From Candidatus Micrarchaeaceae archaeon (GTDB taxonomy: Archaea; Micrarchaeota; Micrarchaeia; Micrarchaeales; CABMGC01), in assembly GCA_038873795.1 (NCBI GenBank), contig JAVZDR010000025.1:1-7929 (forward strand): a stretch of DNA of 7,929 bases, given 5' to 3'. This document shows positions 1 through 5,610 of the stretch, one piece after another. Numbering within the stretch: position 1 is the first letter of the stretch; each line of letters starts with the position of its first letter. Position numbers and translations under genes: made by a program. The notes beneath the pieces were generated by a model, which saw only the letters and a program-made list of their open reading frames with translations, was not told the DNA's origin and did not search any database.

Positions 1-101
1 TGCAGGGGGAGAGATTTGAACTCTCGAAGGCCTAAGCCACAGGATCTTAAGTCCTGCGCATTTTTCTGTGGCTGAACCAGACCAGACTCTGCCACCCCTG
101 C
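1..101 (-). tRNA. tRNA-Leu (anticodon TAA) with an intron in the D-loop
   Basis: Reverse complement gives acceptor stem GCAGGGG/CCCCTGC plus discriminator A, anticodon arm CAGGA-CTTAAGA-TCCTG (anticodon 47-49), long variable arm (GGC-TTAG-GCC) and T arm GAGAG-TTCAAAT-CTCTC. The D-loop is oversized by an insertion. The window edge hides whether CCA is encoded. Confidence 0.95.
63..80 (-). other. 18-nt non-canonical tRNA intron (about position 20/21) with a bulge-helix-bulge motif
   Basis: TCTG-[GT^C]-TGG-TTCAG-CCA-CAGA-[AA^A]: 4-bp helix TCTG/CAGA with 3-nt bulges and an inner TGG/CCA stem. Removal restores a normal D arm, GCAGAGTCTGGTAATGC. Confidence 0.8.
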
Positions 102-109
102 GCTAAAAG

Positions 110-844
110 TCAAACATACGCAGATGGCCCTGCCGCATCTATGGCGGTGTTGTAGGTCTCATGCGACTCCTTCGCTCTCTTAAGTATCTCCTTTGTCTTT
201 GCCTGTATCATCTTAGACTCCCTTTCAAGTTCGCTGAGGTCTATCTCTAGCTTTATCAGCTTCTCAAGGTTTGCTATTATCCTTTCAGCATATTTAGGGT
301 CCATGATTGAAGGATTCACTTGCACGAGTATGTCTATTATAGGTATGTTGTACTGCGGCGCATTTGAGAGCAGTATTGCGCTAACGCCAGCTATCACACC
401 TTCGTCTATTGGGTTGATTCCCACTGATACAGCCTTCTCAAGAAGCTCACGCGATGATGCTATGGCATAGACCTTATCGTTGGGCTTATCGGCCACAATG
501 CCCCCGACAGATATAACCTGCGATATGCCATACTTTCTCACAAAATTCAGAAGTTCATAGCTGAGCTGGTATATTATGTTTGGCGGTATTGTGAATTCAG
601 CAACTATTGCTATTATTTTGAACTTGTCATCCTTGTAGAGCCTTACAGGGAAGAGAGGTGCTGAACCATGTATGGTGGCTATCGGCGGAAATAAGTCGCT
701 CTCTATATGCCCTATATACTTCATTTTCAGCTTTTCGACTATGTAGCTGTTCACCATAGGCCCGACAAGGCCCGCACTTGGAAAGCCCTCAAGCAGAATG
801 TAACCATCGAGCTTGTATTCGTCTTCAAGTTTTATCTCGATCAT
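110..844 (-). CDS. PAC2-family proteasome assembly chaperone homolog (PbaA/PbaB-like), 244 aa
   Basis: Family motifs EGFPSAGLVG, HIESDLFPP, PVRLY, ISVGG, G.IAGVS, DPKYA and a C-terminal Y-X (..SAYV). The start was moved from 916 to ATG 844, where the family N-terminus begins and a TATA box lies about 27-35 nt upstream. Confidence 0.88.
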   Translation of the reverse strand: MIEIKLEDEYKLDGYILLEGFPSAGLVGPMVNSYIVEKLKMKYIGHIESDLFPPIATIHGSAPLFPVRLYKDDKFKIIAIVAEFTIPPNIIYQLSYELLNFVRKYGISQVISVGGIVADKPNDKVYAIASSRELLEKAVSVGINPIDEGVIAGVSAILLSNAPQYNIPIIDILVQVNPSIMDPKYAERIIANLEKLIKLEIDLSELERESKMIQAKTKEILKRAKESHETYNTAIDAAGPSAYV

Positions 845-870
845 TGAATCAATAAAGATTATACTACAAA

Positions 871-880
871 ATTTATAAAT
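871..880 (-). promoter_or_regulatory. Putative TATA box of the PAC2 (+tRNA-Leu) transcript, leaderless or short leader
   Basis: ATTTATAAAT lies 27-36 nt upstream of ATG 844, and no SD-like motif precedes the ATG. Confidence 0.5.
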
Positions 881-963
881 ATGTGGCAAATATGTAGGCC
901 TCTTCGCAAACACCAAAGAGTGAGTTTTTGTCTTTTATTTTACTGACGATTTCTCGACGATAG

Positions 964-999
964 ATATATAAACTTATCATGGACAGATACTATCGGTGA
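964..999 (+). promoter_or_regulatory. Putative TATA box (ATATATAAA, 964-972) and SD (GGTGA, 995-999) of the small basic protein gene
   Basis: Archaeal TATA consensus, then GGTGA followed by 4 nt and ATG 1004. Confidence 0.5.
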
Positions 1000-1003
1000 A
1001 TAA

Positions 1004-1243
1004 ATGGCCGAAAGAATAGGAAAGGAAAGAATAGATAGAGAAGATGGTTATCTATATTTCCTAGGCAAGGACGGCTACGTATGGCGCACACCAATGAAGG
1101 CAAACACCCGCGGAAAGAAAGCGCGAGTAGGAAACGAGAAGATATCCAGGGAAGAAGGATACCTCTACTTCATAGACAAGAACGGATACGTAGCAAGATC
1201 TAAGATGAACAGAAGGGGAAGATTGGCAAGGCGAAGGAGATAG
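1004..1243 (+). CDS. Small basic two-repeat protein, Cc1-like putative chromatin/nucleic-acid-binding protein, 79 aa
   Basis: Internal repeat ERIGKERIDREDGYLYFLGKDGYVWRTPM / ARVGNEKISREEGYLYFIDKNGYVARSKM, Arg-rich tail, own TATA, SD and T-rich terminator. The Cc1 assignment comes from recalled similarity of the YLYF.DK.G motif, not a search. Confidence 0.7.
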   Translation: MAERIGKERIDREDGYLYFLGKDGYVWRTPMKANTRGKKARVGNEKISREEGYLYFIDKNGYVARSKMNRRGRLARRRR

Positions 1244-1250
1244 CCAATTA

Positions 1251-1270
1251 GTTTTATTTTATTTTATTTT
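1251..1270 (+). terminator. Oligo-T archaeal terminator (TTTTA repeats)
   Basis: TTTTATTTTATTTTATTTT begins about 8 nt after the stop codon at 1243. Confidence 0.6.
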
Positions 1271-1409
1271 CGCTTTATTCTTCAGTAGAGTTTCTGTTGC
1301 CTGCGATGCGTGGAAGCAGGCAAAAAGTCTATGTCAATTCGGGCACCAAGAAATGATTTTGAGCTCAGCACGCATCTTCTCGATTTTCCGTAAAGATAAT
1401 CAAGTGAAT

Positions 1410-1484
1410 CGGGCATGGCGGGATTTGAACCCGCAACCAACAGCTCCGCAAGCTGCCGTGCTATCCAAGTTACACCACATGCCC
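1410..1484 (-). tRNA. tRNA-Arg (anticodon GCG), intronless, CCA not encoded
   Basis: Reverse complement GGGCATG-TG-GTGT-AACTTGGATA-GCAC-G-GCAGC-TTGCGGA-GCTGT-TGGTT-GCGGG-TTCAAAT-CCCGC-CATGCCC-G folds as a full cloverleaf; anticodon at 1447-1449. Confidence 0.96.
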
Positions 1485-1543
1485 ACGCATATCTTTATAT
1501 ATTTTGACAAATAAACTTATATCTTCGCTATTAGGGTGATTAT

Positions 1544-1711
1544 ATAGCATCACTTCCGGGTAAGGTATGCAGCTCATGTGGCAAGCTTACAGACGAATAT
1601 GTTGAATTCTTGTGCCCAAAGTGCGGCAAGGCAAAGATCGTGCGGTGCAACCACTGCAGGGAAACATACGCGATATATAGATGCCCCGAATGCGGATTTG
1701 AGGGACCCTGA
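1544..1711 (+). CDS. Zinc-finger microprotein (HVO_2753/DUF1610-like, four CxxC motifs), 55 aa, probable ATA start; absent from the ORF track
   Basis: Translates as (I/M)ASLPGKVCSSCGKLTDEYVEFLCPKCGKAKIVRCNHCRETYAIYRCPECGFEGP*, with the family's C-terminal CPECGFEGP. It occupies the conserved position directly upstream of aEF-1beta (TGATG overlap at 1709-1713). SD GGTGA at 1535-1539. Confidence 0.92.
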   Translation: MASLPGKVCSSCGKLTDEYVEFLCPKCGKAKIVRCNHCRETYAIYRCPECGFEGP

Positions 1712-1956
1712 TGGCCAAAGTGGGCATTATATTCAAGGTTTACCCAGAAGCTGGAAAAGAGGAGGAGCTTAGCAAGCTCATCTCTGAGAGGATGAAGCCG
1801 CAGGGCATACAGATAAGTGACGTCGCATTTGGAATAAAGATAATAAAGGTGCTCTTTGTAAGGGAGGACGAAGAAGGCAGCAGCAAGCTTGAGGAGGAGC
1901 TCAAGAAACTGCCTAACGTAAGCGAGGTAGAGGTTGAGGAGGAGAGCCTTCTATAG
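1711..1956 (+). CDS. ef1b: Archaeal translation elongation factor 1-beta, 81 aa
   Basis: MAKV..IFKVYPE N-terminus, DVAFGIKII motif, acidic C-terminal VSEVEV, typical size and synteny with the zinc-finger gene. Confidence 0.92.
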   Translation: MAKVGIIFKVYPEAGKEEELSKLISERMKPQGIQISDVAFGIKIIKVLFVREDEEGSSKLEEELKKLPNVSEVEVEEESLL

Positions 1957-2422
1957 CGCGCATTATCCTTCTAACGCGCCTGAACCTTCTTTCTATAGCA
2001 TCCCAGTGCGTGCCATGCCAGTATATCCTGCCGCATTTTGTGCATGTATAGAATTTTCTATGCATCTTGTACGCTCTTTCAGGTACCTTTGAACGCACAT
2101 ATCCTTTGCTTACACTACGCAGCTTTATATTGCATACTGGGCAGATCATCGATGGTATTGTAGATATCTTCAGGCCAAGGCTCTTCATTACAAATGCAAT
2201 CTGGCTGTCTAAGTCTTTTTGGCTTACCAGAAGCACCCTGAAGCGCCGCCTGCCAGCACGCTCAGCCAGTCTCCTGTCTGCGGTTATAAGCAGCGCATGC
2301 CTGTGCTTCACAAAGCGTATCACTGCACTGTCGTCAGAGCCCTGCGCATCTTGGATTGGAATGCCAGCTAGCCTGAGCCACCTTGCAAGCTTAGCCATCA
2401 TTACGTCAGCAACAAGCCTCAT
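1913..2422 (-). CDS. Mut7-C RNase domain protein (PIN fold plus Zn ribbon), 169 aa
   Basis: MRLVADVMMAKLARWLRLAG, DD, LITADRRL, CPVCN...CTKCGRIYWHGTHW. The start was moved to ATG 2422, where the family begins. Confidence 0.9.
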   Translation of the reverse strand: MRLVADVMMAKLARWLRLAGIPIQDAQGSDDSAVIRFVKHRHALLITADRRLAERAGRRRFRVLLVSQKDLDSQIAFVMKSLGLKISTIPSMICPVCNIKLRSVSKGYVRSKVPERAYKMHRKFYTCTKCGRIYWHGTHWDAIERRFRRVRRIMRAIEGSPPQPLPRLR

Positions 2423-2487
2423 GATAACCTTACAGCAATAAGCTATAAAAACATAAGAAGGCATATTCTAATGCTAATTGTGAGCGG
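2423..2487. promoter_or_regulatory. Divergent promoter region between Mut7-C and the Rad50-like gene
   Basis: 65-nt AT-rich spacer with TATAAAAA at 2444-2451 (TTTTTATA on minus) and GTGA-N4-ATG before 2488. Confidence 0.45.
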
Positions 2488-4794
2488 ATGATAAGAAGCA
2501 TACACCTCTCAAACTGGAAGACGCACAGCGATACAACCCTTCATTTCACCAGGGGCACAAACATACTCATAGGCATGATGGGCGCTGGAAAGAGCTCTGT
2601 GCTTGATGCGATATCATTTGCGCTCTTTGGCACATATCCGGCCCTGCAGCACAAACGCACAAGTATTGAAAACATAATAACAAACAGGCCCGCTCAGAAG
2701 GAAAGCGCAAGCGTGAGGCTTGAATTCACAATTGATGGCAAAGAGTATGCGGTGGAAAGGACCATATCAAGGAATGGTATGACGCAGGCAACCCTCACCA
2801 GAGATGGAGCATACCTTCAGTCACAGCCAAAGCGCGTAACAGAGGAAATAAGCAAAATACTACATGTAGACTATGACCTCTTCTCAAGGGTTGTCTACTC
2901 CGAGCAGAACAGGCTCGATTACTTTCTTGAACTTTCAGCTTCACAAAGGAAGGAGCAGATAGACGAGCTTCTGGGCATCGACAGATTCAGCATAGCTTCA
3001 GAGAACATAACAACTCTGATAAACAGGATAAAGGATATGATTTCTGATCAGGAAAAGGTTCTTGCAAATCTAGACATAGGCAAGGTCGAGGCTCAGCTCA
3101 AGGCGCTTGAAGACGAAAAATCCAAACTTCTTAATGAGCAACGCAGGATAGAGGCAGCACTGGAAAGTGCAAGCGCAAAGGCGGCAGCTGCAGAGAAGAT
3201 GCTCAGCGAAGGAATGGCCTCATACAGGGCCAAGCAGGCTATTGAGAGCGAGATAGCAGCAATAAATAGCAGGCTCGAATTCGCCAAAAAGGAGATAGAG
3301 AAAATAGATGCAAAGAAGCTTGGGAGCAAGGAAGAACTTGAGAAGCAGCTCAGTATAATTGAGCGGAGCGTCGATGCTCTCAAAAAGAGCGAAAGAGACC
3401 TAGCCGAGGCAGAGCGCACAAGCCAGGGAAAGCTTTCACGGCTCGAAGCGAGTATAGATGAGCTAAAGAAAAAAGCGTCAGAAAGGAATAAGCTACTCGA
3501 AGAAATGCGTGGCAAAAGCCTTGAGCAGCTGCAGGCTGAAGCCGAGGCTGCGCTCAAGTCACAGCAGGATCTTGAGGAGAAAATTGCATACCACAAAATG
3601 CAGAAGAGTGATGCTGAGAAGTGGGCATCAGAGCTTGAGAAGCATATAAGCAAATGCCCTCTCTGCGAGCGGGACCTGACAGATGATGCAAGGATAAGAC
3701 TGCTCAGGGGCAAGGAGCAGCTCATCAAGCTCTCAAACGAGATGCTTGCAAAGCTCTCATCAGATCTAAAAACTGCTAAGGAGAAAGTTGCGGCGCTCAA
3801 CGAGGAAATGGGAAGGCTGAAACTCAGCGCGCTCAGGCTCAACGACTACAAGGGCATTGACGAAGAGCTCTCAAGCATGGAAGAATCGCTTAAGCTGCTC
3901 TCAAAGGAGCATGAGGCAATTAAAAAAGAGCACGACGAAAAAAGTGCAGAGCTGAACGAGATAAATGGAAAGATGCTCAGCTTGAAGAATTCAATAGATA
4001 CGCTTTCCAGGAAAAGCTCCTATGAGAGGGAAATTTCTGAGGGCCAGAAGAGGCTAAAAGAGAGAATTGAGGAAAGGGAGATGATAAAGGTGGATGCGGC
4101 GGCAATCGATGCTCTGCAGAAAGCATTTGCATCAGAAAAGTCCGCCTATGAGAAGGCAAAATCAGAGAAAGAATCCTATGAAAAGCTGCTCAAGGAAAAG
4201 GAGGCTCAGATAGAGGATAGAAAAGGGCAGATAAATACGATAAACAAGATAAATGCAGAGGTAGCCAGCAAGAAGAAGGCTCTTGAAAACCTTATAAAAT
4301 TCAAGAATTCGCTCGGTGAGGCGCAGGTATCGCTCAGGACTAAGCTAATAGACGCGATAAATGGCGTAATGGCTGAAGTATGGCCCGAAATATACCCTTA
4401 TGGCGACTACAGCAGCCTTGCGCTTGATGCTACTGGTAACGACTACGAGCTTAAGTTGAAGTTCAAGACCGAGAGTGGTGAACGCTGGGAAAGTGTCGAG
4501 ACCGTAGCAAGTGGCGGGGAGCGCAGCATTGCATGCCTTGCGATGCGTGTAGCATTTGCGCTTGTGCTTGTGCCCAACCTGAGGTGGATCATACTAGATG
4601 AGCCTACTCACAATATCGACCAGAAAGGCCTCAGCAGGTTCATTCACATCTTCAACGAAACCCTACCTAAGATAGTCGACCAAATCTTCATAATAACCCA
4701 CGACGAAATACTCAAGCAGGTGAGCAATGCAAATATATACCTGCTGGAAAGGAACAAGGAAGAGAACGAGCCCACATCTGTAGAGCAGCTTTAA
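2488..4794 (+). CDS. rad50: Rad50/SbcC-like SMC-family ATPase with zinc hook, 768 aa
   Basis: Walker A GMMGAGKSS, Q-loop YSEQ, long coiled coils, central CPLC hook (aa 390-393, nt 3655-3666), signature ASGGE, Walker B/D-loop ILDEPTHNID, H-loop ITHD. Confidence 0.88.
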   Translation: MIRSIHLSNWKTHSDTTLHFTRGTNILIGMMGAGKSSVLDAISFALFGTYPALQHKRTSIENIITNRPAQKESASVRLEFTIDGKEYAVERTISRNGMTQATLTRDGAYLQSQPKRVTEEISKILHVDYDLFSRVVYSEQNRLDYFLELSASQRKEQIDELLGIDRFSIASENITTLINRIKDMISDQEKVLANLDIGKVEAQLKALEDEKSKLLNEQRRIEAALESASAKAAAAEKMLSEGMASYRAKQAIESEIAAINSRLEFAKKEIEKIDAKKLGSKEELEKQLSIIERSVDALKKSERDLAEAERTSQGKLSRLEASIDELKKKASERNKLLEEMRGKSLEQLQAEAEAALKSQQDLEEKIAYHKMQKSDAEKWASELEKHISKCPLCERDLTDDARIRLLRGKEQLIKLSNEMLAKLSSDLKTAKEKVAALNEEMGRLKLSALRLNDYKGIDEELSSMEESLKLLSKEHEAIKKEHDEKSAELNEINGKMLSLKNSIDTLSRKSSYEREISEGQKRLKERIEEREMIKVDAAAIDALQKAFASEKSAYEKAKSEKESYEKLLKEKEAQIEDRKGQINTINKINAEVASKKKALENLIKFKNSLGEAQVSLRTKLIDAINGVMAEVWPEIYPYGDYSSLALDATGNDYELKLKFKTESGERWESVETVASGGERSIACLAMRVAFALVLVPNLRWIILDEPTHNIDQKGLSRFIHIFNETLPKIVDQIFIITHDEILKQVSNANIYLLERNKEENEPTSVEQL

Positions 4795-5444
4795 GCCTTC
4801 TTTGCGGCTTCAAGCACATACTCGAGAAACTGGGGCTCTGGTAGCGCGCCCTCAAATGAAACATCATCGTTTATGACAACCTTTGGCACAGCCATTACTG
4901 CATACTTTTCGGCATATTCAGGGAATTCCATAGATTCTATCATACTGCTCCTTATGTTGCTGTTCTCCATCGCGAATTGGTGCGCAGTCCTGACAGCCCT
5001 TGGGCACCATGGGCACGTGGGCGTGACAAAGACCTTTATGTCAAGCTTGCCTTTTATCCCCTTTAGCGCGCTTTTAGTGCTCTCAGCAAGTCTTGTCCTG
5101 TTGTTAGACGCATCCATTATATCTTCGAGCAGTGCACTGAATTCATGGCCTGCTGGTATGCCAAAATAAAATACGTTGTATATTTTGGCGCCGCCTATTA
5201 CTATTGCTGGGGTCCTCTCAATGCCAAGGAATGCAGCCTCCCTCTTGTTGATATTAACATCATATACGGTCAGCTTTATCTTATCGCTGAGCTTTGAGAC
5301 TTCTGTAAGTAATTCGAGAGTTTCTTTGCAGTACTGGCACTTGTCTTGGGTATCGGTGAAGAGCATTATATTAACATTGCCCGTCAGATTCTTGTCAAAT
5401 ATCTCCTTTATTTCTTTTCTATCCTTGTCTTTTAGAAACTCTAT
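4791..5444 (-). CDS. Protein disulfide oxidoreductase (two thioredoxin folds, PDO/AhpF-NTD-like), 217 aa, probable ATA start
   Basis: Active sites CQYC and CPWC, GIPAGHEF, AVPK, FEGALPE. The frame stays open 26 codons upstream of the ORF-track ATG (5366), giving (I/M)EFLKDKDRKEIKEIFDKNLTGNVNIMLF, which resembles the PDO N-terminal helix. SD GGTGA at 5449-5453; in-frame TAG at 5454-5456. Confidence 0.9.
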   Translation of the reverse strand: MEFLKDKDRKEIKEIFDKNLTGNVNIMLFTDTQDKCQYCKETLELLTEVSKLSDKIKLTVYDVNINKREAAFLGIERTPAIVIGGAKIYNVFYFGIPAGHEFSALLEDIMDASNNRTRLAESTKSALKGIKGKLDIKVFVTPTCPWCPRAVRTAHQFAMENSNIRSSMIESMEFPEYAEKYAVMAVPKVVINDDVSFEGALPEPQFLEYVLEAAKKA

Positions 5445-5472
5445 GTTCTCACCCTAAAATATAACAACATTT

Positions 5473-5520
5473 GGGCAACTTTGCTGCAAAAATATGCCAA
5501 TGACACATACAGCACTGCCC
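5473..5520 (-). promoter_or_regulatory. Putative structured RNA hairpin in the PDO leader / ftsZ-PDO spacer
   Basis: GGGCAG-TGCTGTA-TGTGTC-ATT-GGCATA-TTTT-TGCAGCA-AAG-TTGCCC: 19 possible pairs, 4 of them G-U, folded by eye. Confidence 0.5.
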
Positions 5521-5546
5521 GTAAGGATATAATTACTTGGTTTAGC

Positions 5547-5554
5547 TATATAAA
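5547..5554 (-). promoter_or_regulatory. Putative TATA box (TTTATATA) for PDO
   Basis: Strong archaeal TATA consensus on minus, which would place a TSS near 5520-5525. Confidence 0.45.
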
Positions 5555-5610
5555 GCTTGCGCAGAAGTCTGACCACATAACTACATTTTCTGCACAAGCT
5601 TGGAAATGCA

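Noticed and set aside
1..101. tRNA-Leu as a pseudogene because of its oversized D-loop
   Set aside because: All stems are intact, and the extra sequence forms a BHB whose removal restores a normal D arm.
845..916. N-terminal extension of the PAC2 ORF
   Set aside because: It covers AT-rich promoter sequence including the TATA box; family similarity begins at ATG 844.
1339..1345. TCGGGCA repeat matching the 3' end of tRNA-Arg (1409-1415) as a possible att scar
   Set aside because: Only 7 nt long, with no integrase or foreign DNA nearby; compatible with chance.
1536..1547. Mini-ORF GTG ATT ATA TAG (and GTG AGA ACA TAG at 5452-5441) overlapping the ATA starts
   Set aside because: This follows automatically from GGTGA-N4-ATA-G. 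The GTG is part of the SD and has no SD of its own, so no uORF or frameshift mechanism is needed, although ribosome profiling could revisit it.
1578..1772. 64-aa ORF from the track
   Set aside because: It is an off-frame shadow overlapping the real zinc-finger gene and ef1b, with no recognisable motifs.
2423..2464. N-terminal extension of the Mut7-C ORF
   Set aside because: It lies in the divergent promoter; the domain starts at MRLVAD (2422).
2067..4159. Antisense ORFs 2067-2441, 3093-3842 and 3977-4159
   Set aside because: They are shadows of Mut7-C and Rad50; the Ser/Leu/Phe richness mirrors Glu/Lys codons on the coding strand.
4873..5457. Antisense ORFs 4873-5169 and 5176-5457
   Set aside because: They lie opposite the PDO gene and have no motifs.
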